From Rebecca billardiae RCC1528 (Eukaryota > Protista > Haptophyta): DNA of 64,000 nt. Under the pieces are notes generated by a model that worked only from the letters and a program-made list of their open reading frames with translations, was not told the origin of the DNA and did no database searches. The stretch lies in assembly GCA_965240325.2 (NCBI GenBank), contig OZ251230.1:2232001-2296000 (forward strand), read 5' to 3'. The position numbers and the translations under genes were made by a program. Below, piece after piece: positions 1 to 12,513 of this stretch. Each line of letters begins with the position of its first letter. Position 1 is the stretch's first letter.

Positions 1-1099
<1,099 letters not shown>

Positions 1100-1885
1100 G
1101 GGAAGAGACGCGCACAGCTCATCAGGCAGGCGCGCAAACAATGCGTACGACAGCACTTTTACTACAGCTTATTCCTGATGCGAGCTTTCGCGCTGCGTGC
1201 CTGCGTCTCGCCGAAACCTTTTATTATTATGGCGCACGGCCCCCCCGAAAGGTCTGAGCGTGAGCGAAACTGAAAGCCGGGGGGGGGGGCGGCGCACGTG
1301 CTCCGCAAAATCAAAAAAGATAATGGCGCGCGTGATGCTGGTGGGGATTTTGTACGTACTTGTAGCAGGGGGAGGGCTGCTAGTGAATGGCATTCAACCC
1401 CCTTGATGACGCTTGATTGCGTTCGTACTATCCGATTCCCCTGCTCGTATTAATCTCTTTATGCAGGCATAGATACTAATAGCGGGACAATTCCCTCGCT
1501 GAATAGCACAAATGGCCTTGGCCTTCTTGGCCCAATGCGGGTGGGATTCGACATCTCTATCTGCGAGGATTAAGAGCTCTCTGATGAAAAAAGTGTGGTG
1601 AGTGTGTCCTGGACAGCCTGAGCGGAAAGGTCAATAATTACGGTTGTGATTCAAGATTCCTCACCCCGTATTGCCAATTGATTCAAAACCAATGCGGGTG
1701 TGAATCGACGCGTTTGTGCTCTATCTGCGATCAATATGAGCTCTCTGATTCAAATGGGTGTACGCTGTCCTGGACAGACTCTGATCAATGATGATCGGCG
1801 CGAAAAGTTGCGCGTGAGCTCGGTGACGACGATCCAACGGCAAAGTGCCACCGGCACGTGAGTCGGTGGCTCTGCGTGGAGTGCG

Positions 1886-2115
<230 letters not shown>

Positions 2116-2669
2116 CACAGCAACGATTTCTTTTTTAAAGCGGCCGTTAAGGAAACTCCAACAAATGAATTTTCGGCCGTTAACGGCTGAATCTGGTGGT
2201 CCGGGCCAAATCCCGAGAGCGTTCGTCGCTCGGCGTCGCACGGACGCCGTCGCAGGGCTTGGCGAGCGGACGTTCGACTCGCGGTGCGAGCGCGCGCCGT
2301 GCGTGCGCGTGTGGCGGCGTCCACGTCGCCGCTGCGCCACCGGTGCTCTAATCGCGGGTGTTCCCCAACCTATCCCCCGCCTGCCCCGCACCCGCTCCGC
2401 GTCCCGACGCGCCACACCGATCTACTTTGCTAGGTCTGTTCGTAACACGGTGCGAATTCGCGCCCGCCCGCACGCCGCTGCGCGCGGGGATGCAGGAAGT
2501 GTATGGAGGGGCGCGGAGTTGTTATTCAGGCGGCGGGTTACTCGTGATGCACGCACATGCGCAGCGGGAACGCTTACTTTTGCATGGGTGACCGGGAATT
2601 TGCATCAGACTAACTTGCTGCGGCTGCGCCCGGCACGGCCGCGCAGGACCGCGCTCGCCGCGCGCAGCA

Positions 2670-5506
2670 ATGGCGACGGCTGTGCTCACCGTGGGCAAGG
2701 GCAAGCGTTCCTGCGCGAAGCCTAGGAAGCCCAAGCTGCATCGCAAAGGTGCCTAACGCATCGGGCGCCACGTCTCTGCCGCATCTGCATGGCTGCGCAT
2801 GGCCGCGGCGCTCAGCCGCACGAGATGCTCAAGCTGCGCGCGCGCGAGGCCGCGAGCGAGGTGGACCACTCGATCATGCCGAACGAGAACTACCTGGCGG
2901 AGGTCAAGCGCAGCGTCAACAGCCTCGTCGCCATCAAGGCCCAGCGGAAGAAGAACAACCTGCTGCGTGTAGCCAAGCTGCGGCTCTTCTCGTGAGACGC
3001 GCTCGTCTTGCATGCCTTCACCTCGCTCGACGACGAGGGCGTCGTGCACTAGGCGCGCGAGAAGGACCGCACACTGAGCATCGTGGGCTCGCGCCAGCCC
3101 GAGAGTTCTCGACGTGGCTCAACCTGGGCATGCGCCACCCGATCCCGCCGCCGGTGGCTGGCTCACGTGAGAGCGCGCTGCGCAATCGCGAGCACGCGGG
3201 CGCGGGCGTGATGATGATCGGCAGCGAGTCGGCGGCGCGGCCGTGGGCGCAGGCCGTGGGCGCCGTGCTGGATCGCTTGGAGCACTACGGCAAGTCCGCG
3301 CGCCCGCGCGGGCAGCCGCATGTCCTCCTCCTCTCGGCGGACACGGGCCAAACGCAGCGCACTCGCGCGCGGCCACGATCGCCATCGTGCGCAACTATGA
3401 GGGTGTTGCGCTCGCGTCGTCGGAGGCGATCGCCATCTCGGAGCGGCCGGACTCGGACATGCCCGAGCTATGGAGTGCGGACGCCGACGGGATCAATGAC
3501 GTGATCCGGAGCGGCCGGCTCCCACCGCGACCGGCGCCGCCAGCTGCCGCCGCTGCACGTGGCCAGCGCGGCAGGGCGGCGCGGCTGGCGGCGCTGCAGG
3601 CGGCGCGGCCGGCGACGCGGCCGGCGGCGCGGCCGGCGGCAGCGGCGGCAGCGGCAGCGGTAGCGGCGTAGCTGGCGGTGCCGCCGGCGCTGGAGTCCGC
3701 GCGGCCGGTTGCGCGGTCGGCGGCGCGGCCGGCGGCGCGGCGGGCGGCGCGGCTGGCAACGCGGGCGCGTCCGCGGGCACGGGCGGCGGCGCGGCCGGCG
3801 CGAGCGGCAGCGGCAGCGGCGTGGCTGGCGGCACAGTCGGCGCTGGCGTCCGTGCGGCCGGTGGCGCGGCCGGCGGCGCGGCCAGCGGCGCGGCTGACAG
3901 CGCGGGCGGTGGCGCGGCCGGCGGCGGCACTGCCGGCGGCGGCGCGGCCGGCGGCGCGGCCGCGCGCGGCCGGCGCGGCCGGCAGCAGCGGCGGCAGCTG
4001 CAGCGACAGCGGCGTGACTGGCGACACAGCCGGCGTTGGCGTCCGCGCGGCCGGTGGCGCGGCCTGCGGCGCGGCCGGCGGCGCGGCTGACAGCGCGGGC
4101 GATGGCGGGCCCGGTGGCGGCGCGCCCGACGGCGGCACGCCCGACAACTGCGCGCCAGGCGGCGGTGCGCCCGGCGACGCGGCCGGACGCGGCCGGCGGC
4201 GCGGCTGGCAACGCGGGCGCGGGTGCTGGCGGCGGCGCGGGCGGCGCGGGCGGCAGCTGCAGTGGCGTGGCTGGCGGCACAGCTGGCGTTGGCGTCCGCG
4301 CGGCTGGAGGCGCGGCCGGAGGTGCGGCCGGCGGCGCGGACAGCGGCGCGGCTGACAGCGCTCGCGATCGCGCGGCCGGCGGCGGCGCGGCCGGCGGCGG
4401 CGCGGCCGGCGGCGGCGCGGCCGGCGGTGGCGCGGCCGGCGGCGGCGCGGCCGGTGCGGGCGGCAGCAGCAGCACTGGTGGCAGCAGCAGCGGCAGCTGC
4501 GTGGCTGGCGGCACCGCTGGCGCTGGCGTCCGCGCGGCCGGTGGCGCGGCCGGCGGCGCGGCCGGGGGCGCGGCCGGGGGCGCGGCTGGCAACGTGGGCG
4601 CGGGCGCGGGCGCGGGCGGCGGCGTGGGCGGCGCGGCCGGCAGTGGCAGCGGCGTGGCTAGCGGCACAGCCGGTGCTGGCGTCCGCGTGGCCGGTGGCGC
4701 GGCATGTGGCGCGGCCAGCCGCGCGGCTGACAGTGCGGGTGGTGGTGCGGCTGGTGGCGGCGCGGCCGGCGGCGGCGCGGCCGGCGGCGGCGCGCAGCAG
4801 CGCGGCCTCGGTGGCAGCACTGCCTCGGCAGGCGGCAGCGCGGCCGGCGGCGGTTTTGGCGGCGGCGCCGAGGCGGCCGACTACGCGGAGGAGCAGAAGG
4901 CCATCGTGGCGTGCACCGGCGCTTACGTCAGCCTCGCCAGCCTCGCCGGCCAGGGCTCGCACAACGTCCCACCGCTCCGCTTCAACGTCTGGGCGGTCAC
5001 GGAGGCGGGCGCAGACGGCGTCTCGCCTCAGGCGGCGGGGGCGCCTCGTGCAGCTCGCGGACGAGCAGGTGCAGGGGCATTTCGTGCAGGTGACCAAGCG
5101 TGCGATGCCGCTCGTGCACGCGCGCAAGTCACTCGACTCATTCGTCCGCGAGTACGCCGAGGGGAAGAAGTCGACGGCGGAGCCGCACATCTCGACGGTC
5201 GCGCAGCTCGTGCGCCGCGTGTCGCTTGCGACGTGGGCAGAGGAGTTCGGCGACAAGGTGCGGCGGCTCTGGCTGAAGAAGTACGCCAAGCGGCAGCGCG
5301 AATGGCAGCGCAGGGCGGAGACCGACGCGATCGACCTGATCGCGGAGTGCATGACGGCGCGCAAGCTCCTGCGCGAGGAGGCTGGGCTTCCGGAGAAGGA
5401 GTTTTCGGCACTCAGGAGCAAATTGATGGCGGCGCGCTCGCCGGACCGCTCGGTGACGGTGATTTACGGCGCGGATGTCGCGCGCGACGGTAGCGGGGCT
5501 GGGTAG
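2670..5506 (+). CDS. Intron-containing cargo gene of unknown function with a central Gly/Ala tandem-repeat region
   Basis: Exon-like segments [26 protein letters not shown] / [18 protein letters not shown]... / [14 protein letters not shown]... / [11 protein letters not shown]... / [16 protein letters not shown]...DGSGAG*, separated by GT-AG or GC-AG intron-like spacers. Confidence 0.55.
3560..4860 (+). repeat. Degenerate tandem repeat, about 6 units of 150-250 bp, encoding [20 protein letters not shown]-like units
   Basis: The core gcggcgtggctggcggcac...ggcgtccgcgcggccggtggcgcgg recurs at ~3663, 3816, 4008, 4262, 4497 and 4648. Confidence 0.8.
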
Positions 5507-6333
5507 CGGCAATCAGGCAGCTGACGGTGCGGGCATGCAGGGGGGACCAGCCGCGCGCGCGCGCCGCCCCCTAGGGGCGCGCGCGCAGCGCATAGTAATT
5601 TTTCGAAAATTAATCTGGCCGCTGGACACGCTAACGGCCGCTTTAAAAAAGAAGTCGTTGCTGTGTATCTATATCTATATATATATACGTGCGGCGGCGT
5701 CGGTGCGGCGGAGGCGGAGCCGGAGGCGGAGGCGTCGGGGGAGGCGGCTGAAGGGAGCGAGGGCGATGGTGGCGGCGCAGTCGAGGGAGGTGCACCGAAT
5801 GGCATGTCCGTCCTCACCCTCGCCGGCGGCGGCCGCCCGCGTGCCGCCGCCGCCGCGGCTCCGCGGCTTGCTGGCGACCGGACTGCACGGGTGATGCGAC
5901 CGGACGCGCCGATGCTGCGCGCGTACGGGGTGGCGCAGCTGCTGCTCGATGTGATCGCGCACTGCGCGCTCGACCCCGCCGAGCCCGCCGCATGCGCCAC
6001 CCTCTCCGCAGGCTGCGTCGCAAATCTGACCTATCCGGTCGACATCAGGCGTCTGCACTCGCGGACCGCGCGGCGGTGCGGCGCGAGGCCGAGCGCGGGA
6101 GCCTGGGCGGCGGCGGGCGCGCGGCGGGGCATGTGCTGCCCGAGAGGCTGGCGCACTCGCCCAGCGCCGCCGCGCACACCGCCGCCGACCTCGCGCGCAC
6201 GACCTCCGTCAACTCCTCCGTCAGCGGCGGAGAGAGAGCGCGTCGCGTCGCCGCCCACGCTGGTCGCTGCCGCCCAGCCGGTTCGTCATCCGAGCGCAGT
6301 CGCCCGCCGGCGGCGGCGGGGCGGATCGGAGGC

Positions 6334-6409
6334 GGCGGCGTCGGAGGGCGGCGTCGGAGGGCGGCGTCGGAGGGCGGCGTCGGAGGGCGGCGTCGGGGCG
6401 GCGTCGGAG
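6334..6409. repeat. 13-bp minisatellite (GGCGGCGTCGGAG)x6
   Basis: Read directly; one unit is truncated. Confidence 0.9.
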
Positions 6410-6918
6410 GGCGGAGCGGAGGGCGGCGGCGCGCCGCTGCGCCGCCGCCCGACGGGCTGCCGCGATCGCCCCTCGCCGCCGCGATCGCCGCCGCCGACGG
6501 CAGCGGCGGCGCGCGGGCGCCCGCGGCGCGAGCCGGGCCGGGGCGCCGCCTGGGTGGTGGGACCGCCGCGGGGGGGCGGGGCGGGCGGAGGATATGGCGG
6601 TGGCGAAGGAGGACGCGGTGGTGGACGTGGACGTCACGCAGTCCGGGCTGCACTGGCTCATCCACCTCCTCTCCGCACTCGACCCGCCGCCGTCACCGAC
6701 GGCGCAGCAGCTGGCTGGCGGCGGCGCGACGGACGGTGGCGGGCGCGGCCGACCGGCACCGTCCCGCCCGGTCCGACCGTCCGACTCGGTGACTCTGAGC
6801 ACTAGCCACTACTCATTGACTCAGACAGTCTACTAGTGCCACTAGGGCCGTGCGGCTGCGCCCTCGGCTCAACATCGAAGTTGTTCACGTCGTACCCGAA
6901 GATCGGCGTAGCCGATCA

Positions 6919-6999
6919 TTATATATATATATATATAATATTATAATATTATAATATTATAATATTATAATATTATAATATTATAATATTATAATATTA

Positions 7000-7042
<43 letters not shown>
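6919..7042. repeat. (TA)n tract with an embedded (TATAATAT)x~9 array
   Basis: Read directly from the sequence. Confidence 0.95.
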
Positions 7043-7063
<21 letters not shown>

Positions 7064-7184
7064 CTTGGATGGTCAAGGGCCGTGTCAAGGCCGTGTCCGG
7101 TGGGCTGCTGTCATGGCGGACGACCCCTATTGTTATTATTTTCGCGTCGTCGACGTCGTCGGACCGGGATTAGTTTCACTTTAT

Positions 7185-8273
7185 TCATCGTCTCGCGCCC
7201 TCGTCGGGCCACGCCGGGTAGATCGGCGCGGCGGGTGGCATCTGCGCGAGCTGGCGCGCGGCCGCGGTGATCGTCGCGATCGGCGTCGCCCGGCTGGGCA
7301 GCGCCGCCGGCCCCATCCGCAGCCCCGTCTCGCGCGCCGCCAGCTGAGCGTCTGCGACCGGCGCGCGCGACGCGATGCGCGCAAGCGACATCCGCGCCGC
7401 TTCAAAGCCGGCGCCGTCGGCGCGCGCGGCGGTGCCGCCTGCGCTCGGCGCGCGCGCTTGGGCCCGGAGCGCGCTCGCGGCCGCGCTCGCCTCGAACGCC
7501 GTCTGCCGATGGTGCGCCTCGCGGTACCGCGCCTCGTACAGATCGCGGCGCAGCGCCAGCGTCTGAGCGTAGAGCGCGGCCGCGCCGCGCTCCAGCGGGC
7601 CGGCAGAGGCGGCACCGGCGCCGTGCGCGCGTCCGCCGGCGTCCGCCGCGCTCGCCCCGGCGGGGGGTGGCGGCACGCCGGTGGCGGGCGGCGGCGCGGC
7701 GGTGTGTGGATGCGCGCGCGCGCCGGCCGCGGCCACGCCGCCGCTCTCGGCCGCAGCCACGCCGAGCAAGTCCGCGGCGCCTCCGGGCGCGAACGCGCGG
7801 CCGCGGCCGCCGCCCGGCGGCTGAGCGGCCGCCGCGCCGCCGCCCAGCCGGAGCGGCGAGGCGCCCAGGGCGTGCGGCGCGCAGCTGTACGCGCCGCCGG
7901 CGGCGCCGCCGGATGCAAGCACCTGCTGCGCGCCGAGGTGCATGCCCTCGTGCCGCGCGTTCGCCAGCTCCACCGCTGCACAGCGCGGCGCGGCGGGCGC
8001 GGCGCGGCGGGCGCGGCGGCGGGCGCGGCGGTTAGAGTGAGCCGCGCAGCTGCGCGCGCGGCGGCAGGCGGTGGCTGCGCGGCTGGGCGCAGGCTCGTGC
8101 GCGGCGCGGGACGGCGGCGGCGCGCGCACGCGCACACACACCTCGCAGCCGCTCGGCGATCTCGCCGAGCGCGTCGAGCACGTGCGTCGCCCCGAAATAC
8201 GCCGCGCCCCCGGAAGGGATGCCGCCGCCTCGGGCGCTGCCGCGTGCGTCGCCGCCGCCGCCGCCGTCCGCGC

Positions 8274-8312
<39 letters not shown>

Positions 8313-11300
8313 GCGCGGGCCACGCGGGCTCGGCGCCGCCCGCCCTGAGCACGCGGCGGCGCAGCCCAGCCTCCTCGCGCACCAGCTCCTCCGCGAGCAT
8401 CTGCCGCTCGAGCTGCGCGCGCGCAAACGCGCGCCGGTACTGACGAAGCGTGCGCGGCGGCGCGGCGGCGGCGCGCGCGTGCCAAAGCCGAAGCCGCGCG
8501 GAAGCTTCGCGCTCCGGCGCCAGGGCGGCGAGGGCGCCCGCGGCGGTGTCGAGGCGCGCGTGCCCGCCGCGCGCGGCGAGGCTGTGCAGCGCGCGGCGCA
8601 GCGCCGCGCGCCGCGCGATCCCGTCGCCGCTCGACGCCAGCCGCGCGCGCGCCGCCGCGCGCGCGGCCGCGCGGCTGCGGCCTCCCGCCAGCTCAGCTGA
8701 GAGTGCGTGCGCGCGCGCGGCCGCGGCGCGCGCGGTGGCGAAGGCGCGCGCGAGCGCGACGCCGCGGAAGCGGACGCGCGCCTGCGCGAGCAGCGAGCGC
8801 GACACCGTGCGCCGCACGTGCTTCAGCCGCCAGAACACCATCGCGCGCTCGAGACGGCGGCCGCGCGCGGCGCGCGCGAGCGCGGCCGCAGGCGCGGCGT
8901 CGGCCGCGGCGCGAGCGCGCGGCGGCCGCGCCGCCGGCCGCGGCGCCGGCGGCTGGGCGGCGCGCAGCGGGCGCGCCTCGGCGGCGCGCGCGGCCCACGT
9001 GCGCAGCGCGCGCGCTCGCGCGCTCGCGCGCCACGTCAGCGCCGCCGCGCCCATCGTCAGCGCCTCCGCGCGCGCCACGCGCCACGCGCGCAGCGCGCGC
9101 GCGCGCGCGGGCGCGCGCCACGCGCGCAGCGCGCGCGCGGCGCGCTCGCGCGCCGCGGCGCGCGCCGCGGCGCCGTCGCGCCATGCGGCGAGGGCGGCGC
9201 GCACGGGGCGGCGGCCGAGCCGGCCGAGCGCGGCCCGTCGCGCGCGCGCGCCCGCGCGCCACCGCCGCAGCCCCAGCCCCCGCCTGTACGCCGCCGCCAC
9301 GCGCGCGGCCGCGGCCGCGAGCGCGCGCGCCGTCGCCACCGCCGCCCAGCGCTCCAGCGCCAGCGCCGCCGCGTCACTAATCCACATGCGCGCGGCGCGG
9401 CCGAGGAGGGCGTCGGCGTCGGCGTCGGCGTGCGCGGCGTGCGCCCACGTGCGCAGCGCGCGCGCCACGGCCGAGCCGCGCAGCGCCGCCGCGGCGCGCG
9501 TCGCGGCGCCGAGCGCGGCCGCGCGCGCGGCCGCGCCCGCCGCCCACGCGCGCAGCGCCGCGGCCGCGCCGCGGCTGCGCCAGCGCGCGGCCGCGCGCGC
9601 GGCGAGCGCGCGCGCGGCGCCGAGCGCCGCCCAGCGCTCGAGGGCGGCGAGCAGGCGCGGCTGCGCCCAGCGCGCCAGCGCGCCTCGCTGCACCACCGCC
9701 TCGCGCGCGCGCGCCAGCGCCGCGCCGCGCCACGTGCGCAGCGCGCGCGCGGCCGAGCGCGCGGCGCCCCAGCCGGCTGCCGCGCGGCGCGCGGCCGCGC
9801 GCGCGGCCGCGCGCGCCTCCGCCGCCGCCCGCCAGCTGCGCAGCGCGGCGAGCGCGCGCGGCGCGGCGAGCACGGCGAGCGCGCGGCGCGCGGTCTGCGC
9901 GAGCCGCGCGCGCTCCACCGCGCCGCTCAGCCAGCCGTCGAAGCCGCGCGCCACGCGCAGCGCCGCCCAGCGCGCCGCCGCCTGCGCTACGGCCGCGCGC
10001 GCGTCGAGCGCCGCCGCGTGCGCCGCGCGCCACGCGCCGAGCGCGCGCGCGACGCCCGACGCGCGCCAGCGCGCGAGCGCGAAGCGCGCGGCGCGCGGCG
10101 CCGCGCCGGCGTGCGCCCACGCGCGCAGCGCCAGCAGCACGCGCCAGCGCGCCGCCGCGCCCGCGCCCGCCGCGGCCAGCTCGGCGGTGCGCGCGCGCTC
10201 GCGCAGCGCGCGCGCCGCGCGCGCGAGCGCGGGCGCGCGCCACGCGGCCGCGGCCGCAGCGAGCGTGTCGCGCGCGGCGGCGGCGCGGTCGCGCGCGGCG
10301 GCCCACGTGCGCAGCGCGCGCGCGGCGTCGGCGCGGAGCACGCGCATGCCGAGCGCGCGCGCGCGCCGCACCTCCGCCGCGCGCGCCGCCCACGTGCGCG
10401 CGGCGCGCGCCACGTCGGCGCGCGCCCAGCCCGCGGCCGCGCGCGCCGCGAGCGCGCGCGCGCGCGCCGCGCCATCGGCGCGCTCGCGCCAAGTGTAGAG
10501 CGCGGCGCCGGCGCGGGGGAAGGCGAGGCGGCGCGCGGCGCGCGCGGCGGCGGCGCGCGCGCGCAGCTCCGCCTCGCGCCGCGCCGCCCACGTGCGCAGC
10601 GCGCGGCCGCGCCGCCCGCCGGCCCACGCGCGCGCCGCGCGCACGCGCGTGTCGCGCGCGCGCGCCGTCGCCTCCGCGGCCGCGCGCCACGCGCCGAGCG
10701 CGCGCGTGCGCGCGGGCCGCAGCCAGCGCCGCACGGCGACGCGGCGCAGCGTGCGCCGCGCGCCGGCGAAGGCCCACAGCTCGAAGCCGCCGACGAGCGC
10801 GCGCATCCGCGCGCGGCGCATCAGCCGCCGCAGCCGCCGCCGCACATGCGCCAGCTCATCCCACCAGATGAGCGCCGCGGCCGCGCGCCAGTGCCGCCAG
10901 CGCGCGGCCGCGCGGCCGAGCGTGCCGCGCGCGCGCGCCGCCGCGGCCCACGCGGCGGCCCAGGCGTTGAGCGCGCGGCGCGCGGCGGGCTGGGTCCACG
11001 ACGCGCCCACGCCGCGCAGCTGCGCCGCGCGCCGCCGCGCCGCGCGCGCCGCCGCCGCCCACGCCAGCGTCGCCGCCAGCTGGCGCGCGCGCGCCGTGCG
11101 GGACAGCAGCTGCCGCAGGCCGATCGACCGCCAGTGCCGCGCGCGCCAGTCACGGAGCGCGAGCGCGAGCGCGTCGCCGCGCCAGCGGCGCAGCGCGACG
11201 CGCAGCCTGCCGCCCGCCGCGCGCGCGCGCGCCGCCGTCTCCGCCCACGTGCTCAGCGCCGCGCGCGCGCGCGGCGCGCGCATCGCCGCCAAAGCCGCCG

Positions 11301-12279
11301 CCATCGCGTGACGCGCGCGCCGGCGCGCAGCCCAGCGCAACAGCGCACAGAGCACGTCTCGCGCGAGCGCGCGCGCGAGAACGCGGCGCGAGTACGCGGC
11401 GCCGAGCGCGCGCGAGGCCCACGTGCGGAACGCCGCCGCCTGCGTGCGGTCGAGCCAGCGCACGAACGCCGCCGTCGCCACCAGCCGTCGCTGGAACGGC
11501 AGCGTGCGCGGCCGCGGCGCGAGTGATGTCGCGTGTGCGCCGCCGTCGCGCCAGACGCGCAGCACGAGCCGCGCGCGGAAGCGCGGCTCGTGGCGCTCGC
11601 GCAGCAGCTCGGGCGGGAGCGGCGGCGACTCGCCGTCGAAGCCCGCCGCGCCGCCGTCCGCCAGCCGCGCGCGCCGCGCGGCGAAGTGGGCGTCTGCGTA
11701 ACGTCGGCGCGCGCGGTCGCGCACGGCGCGCAGCAGGCGATGGTGGGTGGCCGCGCGGCGGATGCGGCGCATGCGCGGGCCGAGGGCGTGCACGCGGCGC
11801 GCGTGGCGCGCCCAGAAGGTCAGCGAGCCGCGCAGCACGTCGGCCAGCTCGCCGCCGAACACGACCACCGCCCCAGGCAGCGGCTCGTGCGCCCAGGCGT
11901 CGAACGGCGAGCCGAATATCTCGTCACCGCCGTACCGCACCGTGATGCGGAAGCGGCCGGGCTTGTCGCGCGTGTACGCGACGGAGTACGAGCCGTCGGC
12001 GTGGTCGAGCATCATCGGCTCCGGGCCCGGCTCGCCGCCCAGGCTCACGCTGAACACGTCGCCGCCCGTCGGCTGGCGGCGGCCGATCGCGTCCTTGGCG
12101 ATGATGACAAACTGCGACGGCGCGCCGACGGTCGCGTGCCAGAGGCCGACGCCGACGGCGACGGACTGCGCGGCAGTGGTGCGCCGCGCGTCGGCGAGCT
12201 CCATGTGCGCGCCACGCCCGCGCGCGTCGAGCAGCTCGTCCAGCCGCGCGTCGGCATCGCGCGCGCTCACGAGCGCCAT
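7185..12279 (-). CDS. Large protein with an N-terminal filamin/ABP280 Ig repeat followed by many Sfi1-like Trp repeats (putative centrin-binding scaffold)
   Basis: The segment GVGLWHATVGAPSQFVIIAKDAIG...DHADGSYSVAYTRDKPGRFRITVRYGGDEIFGSPF is filamin-like. It is followed by dozens of helical units such as RALRTWAAR / AAARWR. One intron at ~7976-8141. Confidence 0.75.
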
Positions 12280-12513
12280 CAAGGACGCGCCGGCCACCCA
12301 GCTGTTCAGCCTGAGGCTCTGCTGCTGTTGCCACTTTTGAAATGCTTGGGGCAGCTGCGGACGGCCGCCATCGTGCGGCCAACTCCCGCTGCAGCGCCAC
12401 TGCCAAGGCCGAAGGGCCAGCAGGGCGCGCACGGCGACTCCCTCGTCCTCCGCCCCGTCGCCTCGAGCCCGTCGGCCCGTGGGAGCGCCCGCGCGCGCGG
12501 CGTGCTCGGCGCG

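Larger units (their letters stand above)
2116..5665. mobile_element. TIR DNA element, CACAG...CTGTG termini, probable CACTA/EnSpm (CMC) type, inserted in (TA)n
   Basis: 34-bp TIRs (2116-2149 cacagcaacgatttcttttttaaagcggccgtta and 5632-5665, one mismatch). TAT flanks both ends, a possible 3-bp TSD. The subterminal motif cggccgttaa recurs at ~2174. Confidence 0.85.

Noticed and set aside
1174-1260. Possible hammerhead ribozyme (CTGATG...CGAAACCTTT...AAAGGTC)
   Set aside because: The core lacks A9 (CUGAUGC rather than CUGANGA) and stem I pairs poorly. The CTGATG is explained by an inverted repeat with 1116-1127. An Infernal search would settle it.
2116-2149. CACAG terminus as a RAG/Transib recombination-signal-like end
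   Set aside because: The heptamer is CACAGCA, there is no correctly spaced nonamer and no 5-bp TSD. A CACTA-like reading fits better.
3560-4860. Repeat-spacer (CRISPR-like) array
   Set aside because: The units are degenerate and low-complexity with no unique spacers. The context is eukaryotic coding sequence with no cas genes.
2670-5506. Fanzor/TnpB or transposase as the element cargo
   Set aside because: No RuvC D-E-D motifs, zinc ribbon or DDE signature in the readable exons.
8071-11526. Long Ala/Arg-rich ORFs on the plus strand, and similar overlapping ORFs throughout the window
   Set aside because: Shadow frames of real genes; extreme GC content suppresses stop codons.
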